Below, piece by piece: positions 47,743 to 60,633 of a DNA stretch of 64,000 bases. The first letter of the stretch is position 1; each line of letters begins with the position of its first letter. The notes below the pieces were generated by a model. That model did not search any database, was not told where the DNA came from, and worked only from the letters and a program-made list of their open reading frames with translations. The position numbers and the translations under genes are program-made. Origin of the DNA: Takakia lepidozioides (taxonomy: Eukaryota; Plantae; Bryophyta); contig CM060733.1 of assembly GCA_030704615.1 (NCBI GenBank), positions 22,196,001-22,260,000 of the forward strand, in the 5' to 3' direction.

Positions 47743-50700
47743 ATGGCATCTGAGCGGTACCAGGAAGTAAGAGACCAGTGTGCCGCGGGCCCTGATGTGA
47801 CCCTTCGATTGAGTAACTTGGACCCCACAGTTTCATCATCTGACAGCGATCTTTCAAGCTCTAAGAACTTGGGAAGCCCCAGTGCAGCAGATGAAGACAT
47901 CAACCCTCCTGCTGAAGTGGGCCGGTATTGGATTCCCACAAGTGGGAACCCAGAGGTTTCATCAATGGAGAGGAAAACAGCGTTGCTGGGTATCACAGAG
48001 TCTAAGGCAGGGGCGGTGTCAACAGGTGGGTCTGTTGATCCAAACCTCAAACTGGAGCCTTACAGTGATCAGGAGCGTAGCAGGTTGATGAGCTTACTAG
48101 TGGTACCCAGCACTATCAATTTGCAAACTACGGTGCCAAATTCTCCAAGTAGAGCTACGGACAGCGGGGAATTGGCACGCATGGCAGCTGAAGAACGGGA
48201 GTGTTCCAGTGTTGACCCGCGTATCTATGATGCACTTCCGAGAGAAGGCAGCCATACATTGCGTGTGAGAGGTACTTCCTACCCAAGGGTAGTGAAATAT
48301 AGCTGGAAATTTTAATTAATGTTCACCTTCTATGATTCTGTGCATCTCGTTCTCTAGCTGGTTTTGACGGGCTTAGTTTGGGCTATCCAATGTTGAACGC
48401 CTCAGCATTGCTATGAGGACCACAGGGATTGAATCTGCCTGAAGATCTTTCCTCAGTCAGCTGGTAGCAGTGAAATTTTGTAGCCGAGTAGCCGAGCTAC
48501 ATTTTCATGCGAGCTGACCTCAGTCACCAATTAAGAGTCCTATATCACATTCATGATCATGATCTAGTTAAAACTTCACAGTTTGATGGACAGTCCTTGG
48601 AAGTTATACCACATCTTCAGATGCTGTTCTTGTATGATACACAGGTCCTTGCTTAAAGGGAGAGCTCACGAGCGGGGGAGATTTGCAGTCCTGGCCAACA
48701 GGAGCATGGGATCTAGTCAGGCGAGGGAGTCTGGAGCGCACCACCAGTGGGCCTAGCCTCTCAGGCTCAGGAGACTCAGACAACGGGGATGATCGAGGGC
48801 GAGAACCCAGCAGCAGTAAACTCCCTTCCTCCCAGTTTCGGGGAGTAGTGCCTCAGTCCAATGGACGGTGGGGTGCTCAGATCTATGAAAAACACCAACG
48901 TATTTGGCTGGGAACCTTCAACACTGAAGAGGAGGCTGCGTGCGCTTACGATAGGGCTGCAATCAAGTTCCGAGGGCGTGATGCAATGACGAACTTTCGA
49001 CCTGTCCAGGACAACGATTTTGAGGCAGAATTTCTTCGTAAGTACAGCAAGGTGCAAATAGTAGAGATGTTGAGGCGACATACATACGATGAAGAGCTTC
49101 AGCAAAGCAGAACTGTAGCAAACACGGATGCAAGGCATGATGCCGTCGCAGCACATCGGGGGGCCCTTGACACCCGCACAACTGCAACCCCTGGGATTGG
49201 GAACGCAGCTGGTTCTTCCACTGTGGTATCAAACCGATGCATAGGCGATGCCACCAACAACATTCCCAGTTTACCAAGTTCTAGTGGAAGCGGACCCGTT
49301 CGAGAACATCTATTTGATAAGGCGGTTACGCCCAGTGATGTGGGGAAACTGAACAGATTAGTTATTCCAAAGCAGCATGCTGAACGGTGTTTTCCTCTTG
49401 ATCTGTCCGCGGCCACACCCGGGCAGACCCTCTCATTTGAAGATGTCTCAGGAAAGCACTGGCGGTTTCGGTACTCTTACTGGAACAGCAGCCAGAGTTA
49501 TGTGCTCACCAAGGGATGGAGTAGGTTTGTAAAGGAGAAGAAACTTGACGCTGGGGATATTGTCTCTTTTGAGCGGGGACCTAACCAGGAACTGTACATT
49601 GGTTTTAGGCGGAAGCAACCAGCACCCGGAAGCATTTCGGCCTCTGAGAGACCTCCATTCAGAGGTGCATGGACGGGACAACCTTGTAACGGTGCTTACA
49701 TGCTTTCAAAGACGGGCTCACCTTTCAATCTTTCAAGCTGGCAAACCTTCAATTTTTCCTCGCAACAAAACCTGCCAAGCCTTCCCTCAAGTCTACAGCC
49801 GGCTTTAGACAGGATGCTCTACGGAAATATGTATAACACGATATTTCAGCCATCTTTGGGAGCATCCTCGGTCATCCCAGGGCTTGTAAACCCAGAATTA
49901 ACTGCCTCCAAGGATCTGCCGTCCTCACTAACTTCCCGCTTAGGAGTAAGTCCCACTGCTCACCAGACTTTGCGGTTGCAAGGTGTGACAACAGAAGATT
50001 ATCTGGGGGCTATTGAGCTCGGGCTAGGACGACCAGGGAGGCCCGGAACAGAGGGAGGGATAATTCGAGACCGAGCCGTGGGCTCCAGCAGCAGAGACGC
50101 TCCAAGAAATGAAGAAGCTCCCACCACCAACAGTGGCACACGGCTGTTTGGAGTAGATCTCGAACGACCAGCTTCCACTCCCATCCAAATCTCTCAACCG
50201 CCTGGAACGAGTTCTGTGCCTGGTGTGCCATCAGCATTGACCGAGGTGTATGCCCCTTCATATGGGGGCCTTTCTCCTTCTGCCCATTCTCAAGCATATG
50301 TGCAGTTTGCAAGGTCGGTTCCAACAGCTGCCCAACCATCTCTACTGGCCAGGGACTTGTCTCCGTCACGGCTTAGCCAACAATATCAACACAGTCCCAG
50401 TCTGTTGAGTACCTTTGAGTTGCTTCGAACCAAACAGCAAACTCATCAGCAGGCAGAGTCAGGAGTGGGTTCCCAAATTGGCTTGTATGGAAGCACTACT
50501 AGCTCTCATAGTCTTGATTCTTCACAACTCACAAAGAATTCACTAGAGGCATGGAAAGGTAGGGAAGAGCTTCAAGCAAAATGCTGCCACGAAAACATGG
50601 CCTCAGCGTCGGACCCCCACTCAAGTAGGTCAATCCCAGTAGAGAACAGGAAACGGAAGGTTCCAGGGATTCTAGAAAATCTAAAATTGAAATCAGATCT

Positions 50701-51334
50701 GGGGGGAAACCGAGATGACGTGACCGACACATCCCTTAGTCTGGCTCATGCGGATTCTCTTCAAGGTCCTCAAGACACTAGTTGTCTGCAGCCATGGACG
50801 AGCAACCAAGAAGGAGGCCCCTTGGTTGGGAATCCCCTCGAAAGCTCTGGTGTAGAGCAAATGCCCAAAAGACATTGCTCTCCTGTTCGTGCCCCAGTAC
50901 AGCGCCAAGGTAGTGCGCAGTTGGAGGGTTCCTCTTTGCACCAAATTGGGGTACAGCAGATTATGTTGGGCCAAGGTGTGGGACATGAAGATCAGCCTTC
51001 TTCCAGCTCAAGTGGAGCACAAAGAGAGGTTCAAACCTCCAGAGGAGCAGCTTCAGATTCAAGCTCAAAGGAAGCACATGTCCATTTTAAGAGCCCTATT
51101 GTGAAACCAGGAGTTCAGAGGCTCATCAAATGTAGCATGGAGGGGCAAGAAAATTCAATCTCGATTTCAGTTGGGCAGTTTAATTCAACAAAGGAGCTTA
51201 AATCAGAGCTGCTCCACCTCACTAAAGGAAGCGACGTTGTCTACAAGGACGAAGAGGGGGACATGGTGTTGCTCGACAACCAAGGATGGGACTTCTTCAC
51301 AAATTCGGTTCAAGAGATGCTGATCCGAAGGTGA
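47743..51334 (+). CDS. RAV: RAV-family transcription factor (AP2 + B3 + RLFGV repression motif + C-terminal PB1); exons 47743-48271 and 48645-51334, ~1072 aa
   Basis: AP2 '[31 protein letters not shown]' (~48830-49005); B3 '[46 protein letters not shown]' (~49303-49615); 'TRLFGVDL'; PB1 '[29 protein letters not shown]'. A GT-AG intron at 48272-48644 (phase 1) joins the two ORFs in frame. Confidence 0.93.
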
Positions 51335-52459
51335 CTGACGAGAGCTCTCCACACCCATGTTTGCTCCCATTGAATTGTTTGCTGATGCTGTCCGTCCTCT
51401 TGATCCTTGGCTATTATTGATTTTATCAGCATCACTATAAGCCAACATCGATATTGCAAACCGCCTTTTTTGTACCGGAACTTCCAGCTGTGCAGTTTTT
51501 CACTACTATTGCTAGAATTGAAGGAACCTGGCAAGCATGGTTAATTGACCAGCTTGAATGCTCCTCTATCCGGGAGCAAATAAGTTCCACCGATTATTCA
51601 GAAGCAAGGTGTTCATCCCTAGCGCTAATGTACTGCGATGGACTGGGTAGAAGTCAGCAGCAGTACTTAAGCTCTTGTCTAATTCAAAAACTGTACAATA
51701 TGGGGGTATGTGAAAACATAGGATCATTTTTGTGCAGTGGGGAAAGTTTGTTTCATAGTTGTATAATATAGTTACAGTAGGAGATTATATGCCCTAATAG
51801 ATAGGGGCGCAGAGTATACAAGCGGGTCACCCCCCCCTTCCCTTTTCATCATTACTTTGTATGCTTTTCAGAAAGCCGTGGGGTTATTCTTTTTACATGG
51901 CATGATGCTGTAAATTCATTTTTTGGTATGGATTCCACTTCGATCTCAGGGCTTTCCTTCCTGTGTCTCAGACTTAATGTTCCTTCCTTTCTGGAACTGT
52001 TTCTTCAGCAGTTGATCTGGTGTGTTTCCTGAGTACTCTCTCTGAATTCTTTTACTAGGTAGTCCAACCGGCGATGTTCAGAACCCTCTCTTGACCTGCT
52101 GTTTATGGACCCATGCCTTCTGGATTGTGTTGAACTGGTCCCATTCTCTTTCTAAGGTAACTGCTTGCATGTCCTGTCATGCAAATCCAGGAACCTTTTT
52201 GTAGAAAACGTTCGTCGCTACGTTCCCAGATTTATGTAAAAACACACCAGTCTCACAGTAGCTCGAGTAGCTGATCACTCTCCTTCCGGTACTAAGCTGC
52301 CAGCCTGCAGGACTCAGACTCTACCAAATTCTGAACCGATTCCCAAAGGGCCTTTTCTGCCTAGGCGTGGGGTATTCAGCAATCCCAAAAGACAAAAACT
52401 GTGATGAGCTCATGCATGCAACTATTTACATAAGACTCCACGAACCCAAATCCACCACT

Positions 52460-52462
<3 letters not shown>

Positions 52463-52492
<30 letters not shown>
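52463..52492. repeat. (AT)n microsatellite
   Basis: About 15 AT units. Confidence 0.9.
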
Positions 52493-52501
<9 letters not shown>

Positions 52502-53177
52502 CTAGGTAGCATCCAATGGATGGCATGGCAGTCGAATTATATGTGGGTGTGGGTTGAAAAGCCACGTAGATGTGTGTTGGATTCACACATGACTAAGTTA
52601 GGGTAGCCTGTGCCGTCCCAAGTGTCCAGTGTCATCTAGGTCCAATTGCAATCCCCTATGGATCCAGAGACCCTACAGTTTGGGAGATCTCCACGTCATT
52701 GTTCCAAGAAATCCCACCTTTGCTATTTTCACGAATTTCCAGCCACCAAAAGTACTTGAAATTCCATATCTCCCATATGACAAGTCCAAAAATTATGACA
52801 AGTCCGAGCTTTCCAAGGGTACCGCTGGCTACAAAACAAACAAGCAAACTACTTGCTTCATATATTGATAGCCCACCAAACTATAAAAAGAGGTCCCTGG
52901 GTCAATACCTGAGTTAATGTGGGGTACCTCATGACTTTCGAGTCCTTTGGCGAGGTTTGGCATCTGAGTTAGAAACCTTCCAAGTGGAAGGCCAGTAGCT
53001 TTTTAGGGTGAAGTGACACCATAAGTTACGCCTCTTTCTGTAGGAGTTTCCCTCCTCTCTATATTTGCACGTGACCAAACATTTGTAGGGGATCTTCATA
53101 AGTGGTGTATTTTTTATAGGTTGGCCTACCTTTTTGTGTGACATTTTTTTTTTTTTAAATCATTGTGATAAATTAAT

Positions 53178-53398
53178 TTTAATTTTTTTGAAAAAAAGAA
53201 ACACCTGGGAGCGACGGCTCACAAATCAGGCCCTTAGATAGTGAGAGGAAAAAATAATCGCTTTCAGAGTAACCGCACCCTGAAGGCTTACGCATGGGAC
53301 ACCGCCCAGAACATACCACATCCATCAAGGTAGCAAGATTTGACCCCAGAACCATCTTGGTGGCACTAAGTGCACTTTCCAACTGAGCTACCAACTTT
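53178..53398 (-). mobile_element. tRNA-derived SINE
   Basis: Minus-strand A-box TGGTAGCTCAGTTGG and B-box-like GGGTCAAATC, then a non-tRNA body and A-rich tail. A second partial copy is at 10878-11028. Confidence 0.7.
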
Positions 53399-53635
53399 TG
53401 GTGCAACTTTGAAGAAAAGCCTTTCATCTCACATGTTGACAAAATTTTGACCTTTCACAAAACCATATCATATCAAATTGGAAATTAAAAATGAAAAGAA
53501 ATGTCAACTTCTTACATTTAGTCCAAAGTAAGAATTTGGTTTCTCATGGTGCGCCACATTTCGAACACCGCCCTCCACCGCCCTCCAATCCATATTCTCC
53601 AACTCAATCCCGCATAGTTACACTCGCATCGAACT

Positions 53636-53880
53636 TAAGTATCCAACTTTAAGCAAGATTGCAAATGGCTTTTGATAGCATTTTGTTTTGAGACACCTTT
53701 CTCACAAATTGCCGTATTTTTAGGAATCACGAGTAACTTGTACCTTTTGCCAAAGATGCATGAGGTGTGGCCAATTAATATGCCACTCATTGGGGCCTCC
53801 ACACAATTGTCAATCCTCAAACAATGAATTGTTTTTTCATTCATGCCTTAAAGGTTTCTACAAACTTAAGCAAATGAGCT
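53636..53880 (-). pseudogene. hAT transposase C-terminal dimerisation domain relic
   Basis: 'NEWHINWPHLMHLWQK / LLVIPKNTAICEKGVSKQNAIKSHLQSCLKLDT' matches WP.L..L...LL.IP.STA.CERGFS.QN.IK...R..L. Confidence 0.7.
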
Positions 53881-56119
53881 CTACTTATATTCCACCCTGC
53901 AATTTTAAGAGAATGAAAAAGAAAACAATGGTTAATCAAAATTTCAAGATCAACCAGCATAACATCACTGTTGAAGAGCAGGTCTCATCATGTACCAGCG
54001 ACCACTATTCAATATTGAAGTTTGAGAGTCATGGGAGAGGTTGCTTGAAGCACATACAGTAAATAGGGATAGGTTTAGGGTTTGAATGAAAAGGAAGGGC
54101 AGCTGGTAGTGACTCGGTGACCCTCCCCCAGCTGGACTTAGTAGTAAGATTACTGATAATTACTAGTAATTTGCGCCTTACTTTTGTAATTTATTTCTTT
54201 TTTAAATAGGTTTTTCTTTTCTTTGTATTTCATTGTGAAAGGCATTTTTTGGTCATTGTCTTTCTTTGGAGAAGCAATGTTTTAGTTTTTTTGGCCTTCT
54301 TTTACTTTTCAAATTCGTTGTGAAAGACGCAAAAAAATAACCCTGATTTTCATCCATAATCACACTACCAAAGAAGAAGAGATGACTCCGACCAAAGCCG
54401 GAGTGACTAAGAGTCAATTCGCCTTGCGACTACTGCCCATTTTCAAGGGTGGGCCCTATAAGAGTGGAAGGCACTGGCGCGCCTACACTACTAAATCTCT
54501 TTTGCTCTAGAAATAGATCTACAAAAGTTTGATGATGCCTCGAACTCCAATGATTGCATGAGGCCTCCACAAATTTGGAGTTGGTTAATACCACATTGAA
54601 ATGATTGAATTGTTCTTAAGTGGAAAAAACCAAAAAATAAAATCAAACGAAGACTTCCAACCATGAACTCTAAGAGACAACACACCCTAGGGTAGAAAGC
54701 CCCATTTTGTACACATTTTATAGTAGATCACCCAAAATAGGAAGTTAAAAAATATATTCGAATTTTTTTGTTCCGATGTATGACGAGTGGCAAGTTGAAG
54801 CAAATGTGAAAAAATTAAGGAAAACCAACATTTGTAAATATGTATGTCCAGCCATGTGGTTCTTTGGCCACGTTGAACCAATCACTTTGTAGGAAATCAC
54901 CACATTGATGTGCATATGGACCAATCATTTTGTAACAAGCCTCAAACAGCATTGAGCTCTCTTCTTTTGGCAAAACGTAGAGGGGAGGTGAGAGTAAGGG
55001 GCATGACTCAGCACAACACACCAATCAGCGCCTTGACACGGTGTAAGGTCCTTTGACCACATTTTCTCCATTGACTTCAACATGATGCATAGTCTCTCTT
55101 CTGCAGAAGAGAGGCAACAAATGCCTTGATGTAGCAGATAAGCATCTCCACGCATTGTGAGAACCCTAACCGTCTATTTGTCAGCCGCTCGTCCCAACAG
55201 AAAGCAAATTGTTCAAAAGTCCAGCAATCACATCATCAATGTGGTGGTTGATCACTTAAATTACTAATTCATCGATGATAGACTAGTTTTATTTGTAATA
55301 TGCAAACCAAGTACACTTATGCAGGTTTGGTCTTTCTCTTCAACAGGCAAGCTGAAAAACGTGCTTGCTTTTGTCTATTATACTAACCATTCTAGTCAAA
55401 TAACCACCGGGATCAACACGTGATCCATATTGACGTAAGTGACAAAATCTTTGGTTCAATATAACAACATCATCATTTAGCCTGGTCTCTGCAGCATTGA
55501 ATACTGCTAATTTGGCTTGTTTTCTATTATCCCTGTTTTTTTTTTCCTTGCAACTTCTAAAGCTTTCAAGGCTCTAGCAACAATTTTAGCAACTTTTCTC
55601 TTGTTGTTTGTCTTTTTTTCCCCTATATTTGTAGCTATCATTTGAGAAGCAATCACTAGCCTACAAAATCGAGCACTAATATGGGTTGATTGCTTCAATG
55701 GTGGAATAATTAGATGTGCCGCAAAGAGAAGATTTAATGTGCAAGCTTTGTGGTATTGGCTCACCAATTTGATGACTTGATGTGTTTACCGTTGCACTGA
55801 TTAGCAAATCCCTTGAATTGAAGTTGCATTTCATCCGATATTCTTGATGACAATCCATGGTCATTGCAGTCTCTTACACAAAATAGCTCGTCTTCATCGT
55901 AAATAGTTTCATCATTGATCACAAAAAAATGCGTCGAATGCGTAATTTAGTATTTCATAGGGTCACGTCCGTCACATCACATCGTGTCAGAATTGATGCT
56001 GATACAACCCATGTCAAGTCCGTTTTGCTGGAATAACAATAAACATATATGGGAGATGAAAAATTATCACTTCAGCAGTCATGTCGTCTTGACAGAAACG
56101 TTGGCAGAGTAATGGCATG

Positions 56120-56700
56120 ATAGCTGAAATCCGACAGTCGCATATAATATTTTTGGAAAATATACATGCAACTACCGGAATTCAGCGGTCACATGTAATT
56201 TTTTAATTAAAACAATTGATACAAACGCCAGAATTCTACGACTGCAGCAGATTTTGTGATTTATTTATTTATTAAAAAATGAGACCGCCACACTTTTAGA
56301 GATTGTATGTATGTTTTTAGAAAATAAAATTGGTGTGACCGCCAAAATTCAGGTAGTTGCAGTAAGAAAAAAATTAACATTAAAATTTTAATTAATTAAA
56401 ATTTGGTGGTCGTATCTTTCAAAAATGCAATCGCCAAAATTCGGCGGATGCATATAATTTTAATTCAAAAATATGTAGACGACCACTCAACTTTGATAGT
56501 CATACATGATTCCTTAAAAGAAAATATAGACAACCGCTAAAATTTGACCAATAACAAGAAAAAAAACAAATGTGTGATCGTCAATATTTTAAGGTCATGT
56601 AATTTTTATTTCAAATTTAACAACAATCGTCAAATACTGATGGTCGTGACTAATTATTAATTATAAAAAATAGATGCGACCAATATTTGGAAGTTCCATG
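56120..56700. repeat. Array of degenerate palindromes (~50-55 bp period)
   Basis: About 10 copies of a GCGACCGCCRAAWTTYGGCGGTCGC-like hairpin (e.g. 56170, 56335, 56427) in AT-rich spacers. Confidence 0.55.
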
Positions 56701-58704
56701 AAATTAAGTAGATTGATAAAAATAAAGTTAAATCCACCTGTACAATCCACTTAGGCCGTCACTTTGTTACCTGGAATAAAAATAAGATATTAAGAATTTT
56801 AAAAATAAAAATTACATATGGTAACATCCGCTTTGAATGTAACGTTGATGTGGCGTCGAGATGGCATCACGTTGTCCATATATGCAACTAAGTCTGGATA
56901 TCATCCTATGCTTAAAAATCTTATTACATGTATATTGTAACGTCAATATGTTTTGTTCTTCGATGAAACTCTCGATTTAGGATTAAACAAATTGCACTTT
57001 GATTGTCCAAAAACAAGATAGTAGGCTCAATCTGTTTGAGCTCAAAACTAGATATCAATCTTTGTACAAGTTGTCTTGTTGGCTGTTAGGCGGGTTGCTA
57101 AATACGGAGTACTCTAACTTCGCAGTGGAACCTATGGTGCTCATCAGTTTTTTGCTCACCCATGTAATTGTTGCTAGATTGAGGTAATACAACACACCCA
57201 CTATTAGATCATCAATCGTCCATGTCATCTACGTAATAACATCAGCAAAACTTAAAAGCTATGAGAGTATTTGAATTTTTACAAAATAAATAGCATAGAC
57301 GATAGTCTGTTGTCCTTTTTAGATACTTGAATATCCTCTTCATGGTTGTGCAATGAATTCACTCTCTATGAATAGTTAGTCACAGTGATGAGTGCGTATG
57401 CAATGTTAGGTTATGTATCAATCTTTGTGAACATCAAGTTCCCGATTACCTACTGATATAAAAACTCGTGTTTATTAGTTTCAACTCCACCTTTTGACCA
57501 GCGGAGCTAGAAGGGTAGCATCGAGGCGGCCTAGAGCCAGGGAATATGCATGAGAAGTGCAAGTACACCAAGGGTACAAAGGTGTGTGATTTCAGCTTCA
57601 TTTTGTGAGTTTCATGGAGTAAGAGAGTTTGTTGGAGAGCAAAGAGCTTCTTTGGTGAGTTGGGGGCGCCTCTGGTGGGCCGTGAGAGCCCTAGAGAGCA
57701 GGACAACAGATCTGATGGCTCCGTAAAAGCCATAGTTCGTCGACAGCAGGTGCAAAAGCAAACCCCAGCTCAGGGAGAGCTCGGGAACGCGTGGGAATGC
57801 ATGGGAACTCGTGGGGAGTTCCTGGGAACACAGGGAACCGTGGTCGTGGCCGTGATGGGTCGTGGGGCGATATCACGAGATACCACGACCCAGGCGTTTG
57901 TTAAGATAACTTATCATGTCGTCCAGCAGAGATAATCTTGTTGGCTTCATCCATTAATCTCCTTTGCATTGCCTAATTATCTTTAGGATCCTAAGGTCAT
58001 TGTGGGACAATAGAAGATAATAGACAGATTGATAAAGTCGTTGGCTGAGATAAAACTAGCAAATTATGCTATTAAATTAGCTAGCAAGCATCTCACACAT
58101 GCACTTATGAATGCAGTTGTTAGTGGGGGATTTATTACTTCTTTTTTATCTAAGGCTTTTTTTTTAAATGACACTATTTTAAATGCAGTGAAAGCAGTGG
58201 TTGTTTTCTGATCAGTATTGCAAACCAGTGTCAACCCCAATAGAAAGGATGTGACAAGAAAACGACTAAAAACTTTTCATTATGACACGAAGCCTATACA
58301 ATACCTCATGGAGCCTCGAGTAATTTTCTAGCACTACATCATGCTCACATTGCTCTTGTTTTCAGAAATCTATCATGTGGAGGTAACTTGGTATTTAATG
58401 TCCAATGAATTTAGAAGAGGTTTTTCTAACTAGGCAAGTTGAACTTGATAATGCTGTTGTTGAGTAGTTGAAGGATGCTTTGAATGATTGACCATTGTAT
58501 GCACTTCCATCAAAGTAAAAGGCAAGCTAGACACATGATTTATTGTAGATAAAACTCAGCTAAAGATGGTATCAAGTGGATTTTCTTAGATATTCTATTG
58601 CACTGCATATGTCTTTAGAAATTAGTGAGCTGCTAAACACTAGATATGGTTGTGTATTGCAGGGAACTAATTACTATACATCTAGTGTCTCTTAGATGTG
58701 TTAT

Positions 58705-58895
58705 GATGAGATGAAATGTAGCCAAGGTTACTACACACGTCAGTAGTCTCTTTGATATCTTGGCATACAACGAGAGCTTCAAGGAGACGGAGGTTGATGG
58801 TACGGATTTGTTGGATTTGACACAAGAGGATCTGAAAGACTTCGGTGTTAAAGTCTTTAAACATGTCAAAACCCTAATGAGTTGGATTGGTCAAT
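58705..58895 (+). pseudogene. SAM (sterile alpha motif) domain relic
   Basis: 'MR*NVAKVTTHVSSLFDILAYNESFKETEVDGTDLLDLTQEDLKDFGVKVFKHVKTLMSWI'; the conserved Trp position is a TGA at 58712. Confidence 0.75.
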
Positions 58896-58989
58896 ATGCA
58901 ACAATCCTTTCAAATGATGAAGGACATGATGGTGCATTTGATATTCCAACTTCAGTCATGGAAGACACTATTTTTCCGGCATTCAAACG

Positions 58990-59678
58990 TTGGAAGAAAT
59001 TCATAAAGAAGTGGCTGGAGGTCATTTTGGAGAGGAGACTACCAGTAGAAAAATATTACTTGTAGGATACTGGTGGCCTACTTTGTTCAAATATGTGCAC
59101 AAGTATTGCAAGAGTTGTGATGAGTGCTAGAGGCTAGGACCTTTGCAAAGATCTGGGAAGATGGCTTTGCATCCGACGATGCCTACTGAACCATTTCAGA
59201 AATGGGAACTAGACTTTGTTGGACCAATAAACCCACCAGCCAAAAATACACAGAACAAGTATATAATCACGGCCACTGATTATACTACAAAGTGGGTGGA
59301 AGCTAAGGCTCTGAGGGACAACACAGCTAAGATTCATGTATGAGAACATACTTACAAGATTTGGCTGTCCCCTGGAATTTATCAGTGACCAGGGAAGTCA
59401 CTTCATTAATGAGACCATAGAACTATTGACTAAAGAGTTCATGATTGTGCACAGGAAGAGTACAACCTATTACCCACAGGGCAATGGGCAAGCAGAGGCC
59501 ACCAATAAAATATTATGTACTATCTTGGCTAAGATAGTCAATGCAAACAGAACGGATTGGGATACAAAGCTGTTGACAGTTTTGTGGTCATACAAGACTT
59601 CATATAAAGTCACCACCAAGTATACACCATCCCAATTAGTTTATGGTCTGGAAGCTTTACTTCCAGTAGAATTCTTAT
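58990..59678 (+). pseudogene. Ty3/gypsy integrase fragment
   Basis: 'LEEIHKEVAGGHFG..GYWWPTLFK..CKSCDEC*', '[24 protein letters not shown]', 'RFGCPLEFISDQGSHF..YYPQGNGQAEATNK..LVYGLEALLPVEF'; contains a stop and a frameshift. Confidence 0.92.
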
Positions 59679-60633
59679 TTTTGCGATGCCAGCCGCATCC
59701 CCACGCCCCGCGCGGCGCTTTTTTGCGATGCCCCGGCGTCGCAATCCCCCACTGCGACACCATTACGACGCCCAGCCGTCGTAAGGTGGCATGAAGGAGG
59801 AAAGAAGGCCCTCGTTGCGACGGATATTTTTTCTTACGATGCCCCGGCGTCGGAAATCCAAAAAATGACGTTGCGACGCCTCGACGTCGCAAAAGCGTCA
59901 CTAAGGGCGCCCCAGCGCCTCTGCGACGCCAGGGCGTCGCAACAGCATCATCACAGTGGGAGTTTTTTTTTTGGGCTTTGCGGCCCTCAACTTCACAAAA
60001 GCGTCGCTGGGGGCGCTCCGCGTTGGGAAGCCCAACGTTGCGACGTCAAGGGGTCGCAATGGCGTCGCCACAGGGGGTCGCAATGGTGTTGATGTCAGCT
60101 TAGGTCCACACAAGGATGTCGCTTGGGGCACCTGGCGGTGGGGGGTACAACAACGGTGACGATGCTGGGGCTGGGGCTGGGGCTGGGCACTAAGGCTGTG
60201 GAGGTTGCAACTCCCGGCGTCATAAGAGAGACCCCCTTAGAAGGAACTTGAAGGAACTTGAAAGAAATCTTTATATATATATATATATATATATAGTTTT
60301 TGTGATACATAGATGTAGCGTAGGTGTGTTGGTTAGTTTGTAGTGTCTTAGAAATGTTATAACGTACAGGTCTTAGGTTCAAGTATGCATTGCATGATAT
60401 ATATATAGAACAATGAACATATCGCCATTAGACAGAACCGGAGTCAATGGTCAACAAGTTTTTGAAATTCAAATTTGAAATTCAAAATTTCCCGCCTAAA
60501 TTCAAATGTACCCCCTTAAATTGTGACATCCGGGCGTCGCACTTTGCGACACCCGGACGGTGCTAATTCTGCATTGCAGAGTAGGGTTTTTTTTTTTTTT
60601 TTTTTGTCCGACGCTCGGGCGTCGCAAATCGCG
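59679..60633. mobile_element. Second copy of the CACTA non-autonomous element, termini missing
   Basis: Colinear with ~28570-29395 (GGGCGCCCC.ACGCCTCTGCGACG; TAGCGTAGGTGTGTTGGTTAG; GGTCAACAAGTTTTTGAAATTC) but no CACTA/TAGTG ends. Confidence 0.85.

Noticed and set aside
53320-53398. tRNA gene
   Set aside because: Has A/B boxes but no closing acceptor stem; it continues into a repeated body and A-tail, so it is called a SINE.
56120-56700. CRISPR-like repeat-spacer array
   Set aside because: Repeats are highly degenerate, spacers are low-complexity AT, there are no cas genes, and the context is eukaryotic.
57080-57875. Possible solo LTR (TGATATCGCCCC start on minus, GGGAA tandem repeats)
   Set aside because: Could not identify a matching end or TSD.
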